Assembly (NCBI RefSeq): GCF_018977255.1
Contig: NW_024704743.1
Span: 27,840,001-27,904,000, forward strand
Direction: 5' to 3'
Source: Callorhinchus milii
Lineage: Eukaryota
DNA length: 64,000 nucleotides
The notes under the pieces are model-generated. The model was given only the letters and a program-made list of their open reading frames with translations. It ran no database searches and was not told the DNA's origin. Both the position numbers and the translations under genes were made by a program. Shown piece by piece: positions 12,621 through 25,245 of the stretch; position 1 is the first letter of the stretch, and every line of letters begins with the position of its first letter.

Positions 12621-13377
12621 AATAAGAGAAGGCGATATCTGTGACCAGCTTTATAAATGCATTCATTTATTTGCTTATTTACCATATGAAACCTGAGCCA
12701 TATGAGTCCTTGTGGATTGAATGTCAGACATGAGATTGCATTTCAGTAGAGAAAAGCTCTATTCTGCTTTGAGGTAGAACACCTCTGGAAACAGCCATAC
12801 ACGAGTGCTTCTGGAAATCCTATGAGACAAGCTAAAGTTTTATAGCAGACGGCTACTGAGAACTGTGGGCCACGTTATGGGTGAATGAGCAGCAATGTCG
12901 AAAGAAGGGGTTAAAGCTGCACAAAGCAGACCTTCAGTCCATGATGGTATAGAATTAGATGTGGGCAGGGACTTCTCTCAAATTAACTGCTAATGAGGGA
13001 GTTGGATTTCAGCTGTCATCTCACCCTGAGATCTTTCAAAGCCCTTGAAGACCTGACCATCGAACTTTATCCTCCTTTTTTTGTGACCCCGTTTTTAGCT
13101 GGAAAGGACAGGAAGGCAAGCTCTTTTGACTATTTGTACCTTCGAAATGTTTGGTACTTTAAATTTCAGCGACTCTCCCTGTGTCCTATTCTATCAGAGG
13201 GTAGCCACATGCCTTTGGATTAACTCCGCAGCAGGACACACAAGGCCCAGGGCACAGTTTGGAGAATGAGATCAATATCTGTTGCCCTCTCTGAGAGGTT
13301 TTATTTCACCTCAGCACACAAGGAAGTGCGAGGGAGAGCTATCAGTGGCGCGCATGAAAATACCTACCATCTTTACT

Positions 13378-13497
13378 GATAATAAATAATAATAATAATC
13401 CTTGCATTTGATATAGCGCCCTTATCACGCCGTCGAATTGTCTCAAAGTGCTTCACAGAATATACTGTAAAGCAAATTGACTGTATATTTTGTGATC
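13378..13497 (-). mobile_element. SINE 3' fragment
   Basis: Shared tail sequence. Confidence 0.85.
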
Positions 13498-13749
13498 TTA
13501 TTTTGTGCACTGTTCTTGTATTGCTGTGTTTCAATCCTATATAGATAGGAGCAGGTGAAGCACTCAGGCACTCTTTTGAATTCAGAAACAGCAACAGAAA
13601 CTCTTCCAGGATTTCAACTGAAAAAACTGTAGACTAGAAAAAGAGCTCAACTCTTCCACACTACCATTGGGGGTTGAGGCTTCAGTCACTGCGCACTTGA
13701 TCATTGGTGCTCTTTGCCCCTATCCTCCTGCCTCATCCCCTCTCTAACA

Positions 13750-13930
13750 AAAAAATAATAATTTGGTCACTCAGTCCACGAATGTTTGCGGGACACTGCT
13801 GTGCGCAATTGGCAGCTGTGTTTCACCCACAAAATCAACTTACTTTACAGTATATTCTGTGAAGCGCTTTGAGACGTCTCGAAGACATGATAGGCCCTAA
13901 ATCAAATACAAGGATTATTATTATTATCAT
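13750..13930 (+). mobile_element. SINE 3' half
   Basis: Deu-like body plus (TAT)n tail. Confidence 0.85.
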
Positions 13931-15109
13931 TATCTGACTTTAAATCCCATCTTAAAACCTACTGTGCGTATGGTCACCTTCCCATCCTCATCCTGCCTTG
14001 CCCGGCTTCTGACCTCACCACTGTAAAGTGCTCCGAGATGTTATCCCACGTCAAGGGCATCATATAAATTCAAGCTGCTGTTGCTGAACAACCCCTGAAA
14101 TTGGTGCTGGCTCAGTAAATGCAGTTTTAGAAACTCCCAGAGGACTGTGCCCAAAACAGTTACACTGCAAGATGTATCTACGGATTCAACAACATATCAA
14201 CATTTTCCATTCACTAGTTTAACTTGTGAACAAACATGTTATCTAGTGCAGCTTTTTTTTTTAACTTATTCATTATCGTTGCCCATTAATCTTCTAGTTT
14301 AAAATGAAGCCTCACAAAAGGATTTCATGTCATCTCGTAGGAGTCTGGAAGAGAGGAATCCCCGAATGAGCCTGCTGTCTATTGAGATGCGACTCTTTCT
14401 TCCCCCAGCTGATCTCTGATGGATGGCTCTTTGATAGCATTTAAATGTAAAACAAGGGCTGAAAAGTTCTTAAGGCTTGGTGTGAAAAGGCCTTGCCATC
14501 AGAGCCGCAGCGGGCTGTGGGAAAAAAAGGAGCAGCTTTGTACCGCTGCACAGCCGAAGGTGGGAGTCTCATCAGAAGCTGACCCGGCAGAGCTGAGAGA
14601 TACCCTCCTCGGAAAGTAACAAGATAGCAGTGTGCACTGAACTCTGACTCGCTGTGAAGTTTGCCTTTCCCAAGCTGTACCAAAAAGCTAACATTATCAG
14701 GTTGCCAGTGAACATATTGTTTGCCTTCATCAGTAGTCCACTGTCTTTTCTGCATCTCCACCCATCCCCTCCACACCTCTTTGCCCCTGACAGGCTCCCT
14801 CCTTGCCCCTGAGTCACCTTGTGAAGCTGTGTTACTCACCTCATTGTTTTCCTATATTGTGTGATACACGCTGAGATGGTGAGATGTGCGTGCAGGCTGT
14901 TTTAATGGGCACATTTTATTTGTGCTCAGTGTAATCATATTTTAAGACTCTTCATTTCATAAAAAGCCATTTTTTCTTGATCGTTGTGTTTTTTGTGAGG
15001 TGGTGGGGGGAAGAAATTTGGTATATGATGTGATAATAATCACCTGGACAGAAAATGGGATTAAAATGTGTTCTTAAAGACTGCTTTGAATGAACCAATT
15101 TCATCACAG

Positions 15110-15370
15110 GAGAAGACCATGGCCCATTGTGTCTGCATTAGCTCTTTTAAAAGCAATCCTTTCAGTTCCATTTACCTGCCCTTTTCGCTATAGCCTGTAG
15201 TTTACTCCTTTTGAGATATTTATCTTATTCCCTTCTGAAGGCTAATATAGATTCTGCTGCACTAACTGTTCCTAGCATGGCATTTCATATCCTAACTACT
15301 CTGTGCGAGAGTAAAATTCTCCTGAACTCCCCACTTGTTTGTTTGCTAACTATCTTAAATTGATGCCCTT
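15110..15370 (-). mobile_element. Degraded CR1 3' fragment
   Basis: Similar to the reverse of the 8700-8960 segment. Confidence 0.7.
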
Positions 15371-16537
15371 CCCAGAACCATTCAGGAGAATGGTTTTATC
15401 CATACGCTGAAATTCTAGTGTCTGTTTTCTAATGGAGTGAGGAGCAGGCCTGTGATTATTCACGGCTGGAGGAGCAACATTTAAACATTGTTTTGTCAGA
15501 CACTGTCTTAAAATTAAAACGATGAGCTGTCACATATTTCATCCCCATTGTCCCAGAAACATTTCTTCAAGTACTTGGAGTTCCATGCGGCAGCATCTAT
15601 AATTGCCCCGGACAACATCACTTGGATAAAATTGGTTATTGGTTACTCACTTCGTGTCTGTTTATGGGACATTGCTAAGAGCAAATTGGCTGCTGAGTTT
15701 GCCGGGGAAATACCAATTCATTCCACTTTAGGGTAAACCCTGTGAAGTGCTTTGAGACATGAAAGGCGATGTATCCAATGCAATGAATATTTATTTATTA
15801 TTTATTATCTGACAGTCTGTTCAAAGGCTGTCTCTTGTATTCTCCCCCCCTTCTTATTATGCTCTTTTCAACAAAAACAACCAATGCAACCAATAAAATT
15901 TTTGGCTTAGATAATAGATTTCTAATATCATCCTCGTAGAAGACCATTACTGCAATCTTCTTATTATAGCATTTTTTCTTCGAGAAATACTTGCCATTCA
16001 CAACCTGAACTTGTACTCTATTGTCCTATTGCCTTAGTTTTACAGAAAGCGTATCGTATGAAATCTTTTGCCTTAGGGTATGAAATCGTCCGTTTCCTTC
16101 CATGGCTCTGCTATCATAGCAAATAATAACATACGGTTTGTCTATGAATCTCTTTTCTTGGCATTCTGTCAAACTTAAATGAAATAGCTATAGCCTGCAG
16201 TGGATCCAATTGGTGATGCTTGCATACCTAACATCTAAAAATAGAGTATTTTGTTTTCCTGTACCTCTTCCTAAGTATGGCACTACCTGCCGAAACCAGC
16301 ATCTATCGCATTCTTGTTCACTGACTAACTTGTGTCCATTGTATTTTCTACTGGCTCCTTTGTATAGTTTTAAAAGTGCTTCATTTAAAGGTGACATGCT
16401 GTCACTGAAGCATCGAGGTATCATGCCACAGAGGAATGCCAAACCAAGTCCAGTTACCCCTGTGCCACCAATTGTCATATTTCAGCCACACTTCTGAAGC
16501 AGTGAGGAGGCAGCGGGAGATAACAACAACAACAACA

Positions 16538-16706
16538 AGACCCTCCTCTTCGACCATGCTATTGCCCACCCCCCTTCCCCTCTCCTCCCTTTTTCCCCCC
16601 CAACTCCAGCTCGGGTCTGAAATGCTGTACACTGTCCAGCGCCTTGGGATGTCCTCCCGACGTGAAAGACACTATACAAATGTAATCTTGTTGTTGTTGT
16701 TGTTGT
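16538..16706 (+). mobile_element. L2-clade LINE 3' end with (TTG)n tail, followed by (AT)n
   Basis: CTCTTCGACCATGC...CAGCGCCTTGGGATGTCCTCCCGACGTGAAAGACACTATACAAAT; matches ends of longer L2 copies. Confidence 0.85.
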
Positions 16707-17177
16707 AGATATATATATATATATATATAGCGCCCCTGACACATTCCAGAGACTGAGCACTTTGTTTCAGGGAGGTGCTGGAAAATGCGTCGTCCCTCAA
16801 CCCCTGGTATCTGGAACAGATGTGAAGGCCTAAAAAAAAGGTTGTCTCTTCCCACTCTTGGTTGCAGTCGATCCATTACCGTGGAAAAGGAAGGAAAAAA
16901 AATGTCAGGTTTCATACCCTAGGACGAGCCAGTTCATAAGGTATGCTTGCTGTATGAAAAAAAGACTTGACAAATTATTTTGCTGCTCATTATCCAAGTC
17001 CCTAAGGCAATGTTCAAATAGATTTCTCCACCGCTTTGACTAAAAAACCTACCTTTTTTTATTACGTGTGCAGTCATTTCCCCTCACCATTCTACCCTGC
17101 TCGTGTTCTCATGTTATCCTATGTGAAGGTGCTAAATAAATGCTGATTACTGTTCTCATTTTACTATTTATTTTTCA

Positions 17178-17465
17178 CTTTGTAAGCGAGAGACCTGGGT
17201 TTGATTCCCGGCAGTGTGAAACCTTGGGCAAGTTTCCTTACTCCACACGCCTGATAATAATCCCTCAAAAAAACCAATAACAAATCGGTCATTTCAATCC
17301 ACGACTGTTTGTGGGACACTGCTGCGATTGGCGCAATTGGCTGCCGCATTTCGTCCACAAATATACGATCAATTCACTTTACAGTCTATTCTGTGAAGCG
17401 CTTTAAGACGTCTAGAAGACGTGAAAAGCACTGTATCAAATGCAAAGATTATTATTATTTATTAC
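17178..17465 (+). mobile_element. tRNA(Ala)-derived SINE, short variant, slightly 5'-truncated
   Basis: Box B GGGTTTGATTCCC through (TAT)n tail. Confidence 0.9.
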
Positions 17466-18769
17466 TAATCCATTGCAGTTTTTAACATGTCCTCTCCTAG
17501 TTTAATTTTAGTTTCCTGATCAGCTAGTTTAGTTGCACCAGGCATGACACGGAATAGTCATTGATATCTTTGGAAAGTGTTGATTTGACAGAAACACATG
17601 AGCTCACATTTTATTCTAAGACTGTCCTGTCTATTATCACAGTCAGCTTGAAGAGTCCCAAACCCTCCCCTTTCCCCACCCGAGCTCTCATTTAGGTAGC
17701 TGTCTTCTTCCATCAAGCAGAGCTAAATAGGGGGATGCAGTTGTTGTTTTCTCTGTAGAAAGCCCAAAGGAACTGGTCAGCTTTCAGACCTATTTTAATC
17801 TCCTGGAGCAAAGTTCTCAAACATATTGACAAACATCTTTGTGGAATTGTACCACAGCATAGAAGGAAGGGATTGAATATTCTATAACTGTGGTCGACAG
17901 AGCCCTCGAATGTGAAAACCATTGCCTCATCTTGGAACAGAACTCTCGCTGTTTGGTGTGAGGTACATAAGATGCAGTTTAACTTTTCTAGCGTTTTTGC
18001 CATTTAAGTGTCTTTTTTTCAAAAGCAGTTCAGGCCCATTAACAACCAAAGGGAGTATTCAGTGAAGGCTTGGAATCAAGCAGAATGTGGTAGCATCCTT
18101 AGAGGGGGAGAATCTACAACAACAACTTGCATTTATATAGAACCCTTCATGCAAATAGTGTCTCAGAGCGCTTATCCACTTAACAGTGGAAGCTGATATA
18201 AGGGTTAAATGACTTGAAGTCAGGGGAAAGTTCATCTGAGTGTCAAAGGCACCATTAGCTGTAAATTAGGCTATGCAGAGTGTAACCGGAGCCGTTTCTA
18301 TGTTAAAACCAACCTTCAGCACTTGGTACCTAACCACACGCGAACTCAGGTTTGAAAGAAAGGGACTCATCACCAATACATTCAGCCTATTGTGTTTGTT
18401 TCCTTTAATGTTCAACCAGGAGACTCAATCTGCTTTGGCAGAAGCAGTTGCATTCCTTGGGACCTCTCATGGGTGAAGATGGTAGATTTATTATTACCTG
18501 CAGCTATCTGGCACTAATGTAGGCCCAGTGCTCTCCGAAGTTTGTGCCTTTAATGTGACCTTAAACTGGATTCTCTTTATAAACACTGTGCAGTTACTTT
18601 GAGGGGTCCAGCCCACAGAACGGGCTATAACTAGCAAAAGGAAGGTGCCACATTAATTCCATACATGGTGTTGTACTGAGCTATAAAGACCAAGAAAGCC
18701 AGTGTGGACCCTGTTCACTGTGCATGCATGCAGCTGTTCCACCCTTTAGATCTCTATCCCGGAGCTGTT

Positions 18770-18976
18770 CTGCCTCGGCCCTTTCCTCCTTCAAGGCCAG
18801 TCTCAAGATCTTCCACTTTGACCGTCCCTTCAGTTATCTTTCCACAGATCCCCCATTGCCCTTCACCCCACTTGACTCCAACCCACAGCTTGGATGCAAA
18901 TCCTTGCCTGTCCAGCACCTTGGGACGTCCTCCCGATGTGAAAGGCGTTATACAAATGTAATTTGTTGTTGTTGTT
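18770..18976 (+). mobile_element. L2 LINE 3' end
   Basis: CCTTCAAGGCCAGTCTCAAG...GGGACGTCCTCCCGATGTGAAAGGCGTTATACAAAT(TTG)n. Confidence 0.8.
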
Positions 18977-20789
18977 ATTCACTTTCTATTCGACTCTTGT
19001 CTTTTTCCTGTTACAATAGCTGACCTCTGGATCATTGGGTTGCCACCAATGACCACTTCCGGCTTTGCATATTCTCTGCACACAAGAAGTGATGTTAGCT
19101 GATGACCTTGAAGTCGGTCTTTATTTTCTTTCAGCGCAAATATTGCTAAACGGAACAGGAGCTGCGTACATGCACAGTGACATCAACAATTTGAATTTAC
19201 ATAGTGTCCTTCATATATGGTTATGTCTTGGAGTACTTTAAGGGACAGGGATGGAGGCAGAACAGGGGGAGGGGGAGAGGTGGCCATAAGTGCGTTCAAA
19301 TCAGCTACCAAATCTCATTACAGTGAGCCTTCCAATTTTATGGTTCTGAACTAGTTCATTTTAACAACAGCCCACTGTATTCAAAGAGAGAAAAAAGCTT
19401 CACCTGTCCAAAAGCCAGATTAATTGATTGTTCACCTCATAACTGTTGGTGGTCCTTGCTGGCACAAGTTTCTACTGTGTTTGTCTATCAAACGATCACT
19501 GCACTTTGAGAGTAATTATCTGTGAAACACTTTGACACAATTCTCCAGTGATGAAGGGCTACATAAATAAACACAAGAATTTCACAGTCGAGTGAGTCAT
19601 TCTCTTTTTCCTCTTTCTCACTCTTTTTGTGTCCCTTGTGCTCTCCTACTTCTACCCCAGCTTCATCAAGATCCTCCCTTTCTCCACCCCAAACACTGCC
19701 AAACACAGAGGCTGCTAACTGCAGAATGACAAGCGATGAAATTGATTTCTTGTCACCCACAGCAAAGTCCGACTTTAATCTGTGTGTCGAGGACAAGAGT
19801 TATGGTTTCCAATTTGAGGCCTGACATCTGTAAACCAGTCTTCTTTGTTGCTGCCACTGTGGTACTTCATTTATCACCCGAAGTTCTAATCTTTACGCTA
19901 ATGTCAGTCAGCCAGTTAGCTCCACTGAAAGCATTGTTATATTTTATTTCTGTATTCCAGGATGAGATTACCCTGAATGGTTGGACCCTTCCAGATAGCA
20001 GAGGGAAGATTTTCATCCTTTCAGTCTTGGCTGGATTCAAATTCATGTCTCAGACATCGAAACACCGTGTGCTGACCCATCAATATCTTCTGACACATCG
20101 GGGTGAAAAATGTGATATGTGATAATATCACATTGTGGCATATTATGCTCCTGGAGGCATCCCAGTCAATAACTGTCTTGAGGAAACGGCTGCTTGGCTT
20201 TGGAAACAGCTGCTTAATATGCAGTGAAACATGTTTCACCCAAAATGTTCCACTGCAATTATTAAGCTAACTATTGAAGTAAAAGTTTTGTTCCTGCTGC
20301 CACGATGCTGGTTCAGGAAATGCCAAAAGATCTCAACTATGAAAGTTGTCACTGGGAGATCTCCAGGAACAGAATGTCCCATGTTGTGCCAATTATCGCT
20401 AGTGATTATGACATTCTGCATTTTTCACCCCATTCAGTGCTATCTGCGTTTCCATCCTGGACTGCGATGTGGGTTGGCATTAGAATTCCTTGTATCTAAC
20501 TGCTGATAGCTTGGCATATCAAATCTATAAACATCTGTAATTTTTCATGTGTCTCTGACCGTTTCATAGAACTTACTGGATACCATAAGGGAATGATTTA
20601 ATTCAGTGGAATTGGCCCTCTGATCAGTATAAGCATAAGACATAAAAAAGTTAATTACTTAGAATTGTGAGGTTGGTAGGCAATAATAAGTATTGCAAGT
20701 GCTAATAATTTCATGAATTGTCAATGGAAGCAGCCTTTTTGTTCCTAAAACCAGGAGAAAGACTCACACCTCAAAGCTAATGAAAGTGG

Positions 20790-21530
20790 TAGACTGCAAA
20801 GCTGAACAAGATAGGTTGCAGGAGGATTTGAACAAATTTGGGAATTGGGCAAACCTATGGCAGATGAAATTCAATGTAGAGTAATGCAAAATTCTTCCCA
20901 TGGGGATAACAAATTCTAGGAAGGATCTATTATTTAAATGAAAAAAATATGCATGGAACGTGAAAAAGGTCCTGATTAACAATAAATTGAAGCTTTAACA
21001 ACAATGCTTTGGTGCCAGTGAGTAAAGCAAACCAGATGTATTAAAAGATCAATATTGAGCCGAAATAGTGGGGTATTCCTGCTACTTTATAAATCATTGA
21101 TGTGATCGTACTTGGATTACTGTGTACACTCTGAGCACAGAAAGAATATTGCAGTGGTTGAGAGGATACAGAAGAGGGACACCAGAATAATTAAGGGGAT
21201 GGGTGACTGGATTGTGAGGAATGATTAAGTAACCTAGGCATGTTCACTCTGGAGAAGAGAAAGGTGGGAGGTGATATAATTGCTACTTTTAAGATATTAA
21301 AGGGGCTAGATGATGTAGACCATGATAAGCTGTTTCATCTTGTCCAGAACAGTAGAACCAGAGGACATGACCTGCGATTAAAGGACGACAAATTTAAAAC
21401 ACTATTTGAGTGAGTGAATAGTAAATCTATGGAATAGACATCCTAGGATGACAATGGAAGCAGAAAATGATGATTTTTCCAAATGCAAATTAGATAGACT
21501 TTTTTTTAGGATATAATATTTTGGGATAGA
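20790..21530 (+). mobile_element. Degraded CR1 ORF2 (RT C-terminal) fragment
   Basis: Conceptual translation LQEDLNKFGNWANLWQMKFNVE*CKIL and later ERIQKR, with stops and frameshifts. Confidence 0.85.
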
Positions 21531-21618
21531 GTACATGAGTAGTTTGGGGTATAACACAGCTGCCTGGGTGGTGGAAGGTGAAATGTCTAGCATTTTGTGT
21601 AGCATTTCCTATGTTCTT

Positions 21619-21884
21619 ATAATAATAATAATAACAATCCTTGCATTTGATATAGCACCTTACCATGCCTTCAAGACGTCTCAAAGCACTTCACAGTGCT
21701 TTGTAAAGTGAATTGACTGTATATTTTGTGGAGGAAACACCGCAGCCAATTGCGCACAACAATGTGCCATAAACAGTAGTGGATTGAAGTGACCGATATA
21801 TTATTATTTTTCTTTGAAGGAATTATTACCCCCGGAAAAGCGAACCACCAATCGACTAACAATCGGGTTCCTACTTGCTGCTAG
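21619..21884 (-). mobile_element. tRNA(Ala)-SINE long variant, 5'-truncated
   Basis: Tail, Deu-like body and GGTTCCTACTTGCTGCTAG central block. Confidence 0.88.
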
Positions 21885-22544
21885 AATATATTGCACAATG
21901 TAGATTGAGTGCCTCGAAACAGACAAGTTTCTGCTGACTGAGTGTTGTAAAACAGTATTGGTCTGACTTTTATAGTCGGTAAAATAAGTGCATGAACTGG
22001 AACCGGAAAAGATTCTCCCCCTGCCATATCTTTACATTCGTAGGTGTCCCTCAGTTGCCCTAAGATACCCTGTTTTGGGCTTTGAAACAGCTGGTTGGAG
22101 GCAGTGTGGGGTTAGTGTAGATCCTGCCCTGAGCTGACATCACAAAGTTCCCCATCAATGGCTTAATGAATGGGGACAGAGGATTCATTGTGGATTGTGT
22201 TCCCTCTTCAGGAAGTCACATCGTCGGGGGGTGGAGATATTCTGCACAAATGTCTCTATCCGCACTTCAAAGCAACTCTGTAAGCACTTCAGATGTTTGA
22301 GCGATTTTGATTTGATAAGCCTCTTTATTAAATGAGAAGGGAATTTCTCCTTGTGTCCTGGTCAACAATCCCCAAGTTAAAACCGGTCATTCATTTCAAG
22401 GCTGTTTGTGGGACTCTGCTATGCAAAGGTTGGTTGCCATATTTGCCTACAAATACAATCACAACACTTTATAGCAATTTTTGCAGAGCTCTGTAAAACG
22501 TCTTGACAAGATAAAAAGCGAAATATCAAATGCAAAGATTACTT

Positions 22545-22722
22545 CAGTGAAACTCTGATAAGAAGCCCCTGGGATAATTAGTCAACCTCACATAACTAGT
22601 CACTCACTCAATATCCAGTTATTCAAGTACTTTGGATACTATATTTTGGATAACTAGACAATTCTGAGCAGTAGTCATTTGAGTTATTTCTCTTCAGGTG
22701 ATGAGTTATCAGAGTTTCACTG
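22545..22722. mobile_element. Tc1/mariner (Tigger/pogo-like) MITE, 178 bp
   Basis: Perfect 17-bp TIRs CAGTGAAACTCTGATAA / TTATCAGAGTTTCACTG; TA on the right flank, TT on the left; partly palindromic interior. Confidence 0.85.
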
Positions 22723-22974
22723 TAATTTACTATTTAAGTGTTTGATACATTCCAGATCATTAGCCCTTTTTGACTGCGTTATTACACTGAGGTCCTACCT
22801 GACTTTTCATTCCCTCCCATATCTTTACATGTGTAGTGTCTCTTAGTTGCTCATGAGTTCCTGTTTTATTGCCCTTGACGTGCAAGTGGGCATTAAATTG
22901 TTGTCAGCTGCTTCTGACCAACAGTTTCAAAGCACGGTGAGGAGAGCTGTCTGGATATCACACAAGATTATGAA

Positions 22975-23236
22975 TAGGGAATAAAAGCAGAGGTTTCAGA
23001 AGAACATCTTCTCCCAGAGGGTTGTTAATGTAGAAAATTATTTACTAGTGGTGGCTTTAGAGCAGAGTTGATTGGGGCATTAAAAAATAAGTGGATAATC
23101 ACACGCAGAGGACGAGTATTGGAGGTTCAGGGAAAGAGTGGGGAATCAGGATTAGGGTGAATTAGGATGACTTCTTGGAGGAACAAATACCAACATGAAA
23201 TAACAGAGCAAATGGCCTCCTTGAACATTTCTGTGG
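22975..23236 (+). mobile_element. Degraded CR1 3' end
   Basis: TTCTTCTCCCAGAGGGTTGTTAAT-like ORF end and AAATGGCCTCCTT 3' motif. Confidence 0.7.
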
Positions 23237-23279
23237 TTACTTGGATCACTTTACTGAGAACAATCAGGTTTACAAGGGT

Positions 23280-23425
23280 TCTAACCCTAATGAGAAACCA
23301 TTAAATGCCAAATTATTGCAGACCCCTAACCCTAACCTCAAAACCCTAACCCCAGACATCCTAACCTAAAGGCAAACTCAATAAAGAATAAATTATTGAA
23401 CCCTAATGTGGAGATTACCTAATCC
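23280..23425. repeat. Degenerate CCCTAA (telomere-like) hexamer cluster
   Basis: CTAACCCTAA, CCCTAACCCTAACC, ACCCTAACCC, CCTAACCTAA, ACCCTAAT interspersed with unique sequence. Confidence 0.6.
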
Positions 23426-24771
23426 CAATAAAAGCCCAATTAATTTGCAAGAATTAAAAAGCTTCTTAAAACTAAATCCCCCTGACAGGAATTGCATAAT
23501 CGAATGGATATTCACACCTAGCTTTATTATTGCTTTTAACCCCCCTCCCTTTTCAATATTATGAGAAATACTACATTCAATAGCCCAAGGTAAATTTTAT
23601 GTAACTCGAGGAACAGAAGGTACCAGAAACACAAAATGTGTTTAATTACCACCAACAATTTTAAAACCTTACCCTAGTCTAGATGGTGGCCCTTTAGCCG
23701 AAGCAGAATTGTTTTGTTGTTGCTGTGGTTTTATGGAAAGCGCGACCTTAAGCAGTATTGAAAAATTAAAACCACATTAATCTCCAAACTTTATTAAAAT
23801 GTACTCAACTCTGACCACAGCACATCAGTGCAGTTAACTGACCTGCCACTGTATGCAGTCCCTAATGGGGTAACATGCCCCTGGGAGAAGCTGCACTGTT
23901 GAGCTGGAAAATACATTTCCTCTCCACGTCTGACCCAGACATAAATATTAAAGGCCATTTCTTGGCTTTTGCTACGTTGTACTTTGCAGTTTCTGAAGTC
24001 AGACTTCTTTTTCTGGGATTTTAAGCACTGAATCTCATGACTCAACTCCCAATCTCAACCAGACTGGCTTGAAGAAGGAGTGAGGGTAGGGGTGGGGTTG
24101 AGGGGGGTTGTGGGGTGAAGAAACAAAACTAATACAGAGGCCAAATCATTCTGCAAAAAGAGAAGAGGAACAAACCCTGAAATAGAGAGTGCTAACAATT
24201 TCATTGTACGCTAGTTCGTGACCCTTGATGCTTCATTAACTGACGTACAATAAAATAGTTCCTCCTGATTTGAAAGGCGCTATATAAATACAATTTGTTG
24301 TTGCTGTTCTTGTTGTTGATGCAGAATCATTAAAGATTAGGAGAATGGTATTAGAAATGTGGAGTTCTGTAGGTAAGTTTCTTCCAATATAAGTTTTAAA
24401 AACTCAAACTCCCAATGCTGTCTGGCCTTGTGGTTAGCCAACCCAACCAGTAGATGTTTCCCGTCAGCCTGATATCATTGTCAGTGGCTGATTCATTTTT
24501 TTTATGGTAGAGCAGGACTCAGAGCTTGTGTCAGGCAGGTAATGTGATAGCATCCCTGTCATCTACTGAGTGCGAGCAGGCCTCAGTTTAAACCCTGAGA
24601 GACCGCATTCACTTCAAATCATAGCGAGTCCAGCTGATTGGGAAGCTCTGCTGGGTCGACAGTAATGTTCAGCCTCACATACCAGAGTGAGTGCTGGCTT
24701 TCAAATAGCAGAGCCCTGCAGCTTTGACTAGAAGCATCAGCAGCAAGCAAAAATTGCAGTAACACAGCAGT

Positions 24772-25245
24772 GGTGTCAGCCTGTCTCAGTTCGTAGCGCT
24801 CACCTCTGAGTCAAACAGTTGTGGTTTCAAGCCATGTGTCAGGACTTTGAACTCACATTCTAAGTTGACACTCCAGCACAAGTGCTGGGAGAGCACTGCA
24901 TTGTCAAAGGTGCTGTCCTTCGAATGAGACATTAAACCAAGGTCTGGTCTGCATGTTCAGGTGAATGTTAACGATCCCGTGGCACTATTCGAAAAGAGAA
25001 TGGAGTTTGTCCCAGTGTCTTGGCCAGCAATCCTTGAGATAAAATTGATCATTCACTTCATGACTGAGTGTGGGGCATTGCTGTGTACAAATTGGTTGCT
25101 TCGTTCATATACAAATTGGCTGCTTCATTTGCCTACAAATACACGGTCACTGCACCTTACCATAAAATCATGCGAAGCATTTTGAACCATCCTCTCATTG
25201 TGGAAAACGCTATATTAAATACAAGGGTTATTTATTATTTTTATT
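24772..25245 (+). mobile_element. SacSINE1/DeuSINE-like SINE, near full length
   Basis: GGTGTCAGCCTGTCTCAGTT head, Deu domain, L2-like tail; internal ~24-bp duplication near 25086-25140. Confidence 0.88.

Noticed and set aside
19961..20102. Exon candidate after a strong acceptor
   Set aside because: Weak donor (GTGAAA) and unrecognised peptide
23280..23425. True interstitial telomere or fusion site
   Set aside because: Only scattered one- to two-unit CCCTAA runs, no tandem array
23406..23780. Hepadnavirus polymerase terminal-protein match (TPSF, FY, TK, KPY words)
   Set aside because: Motif spacing disagrees with what I recall of that domain; too weak to claim without a search
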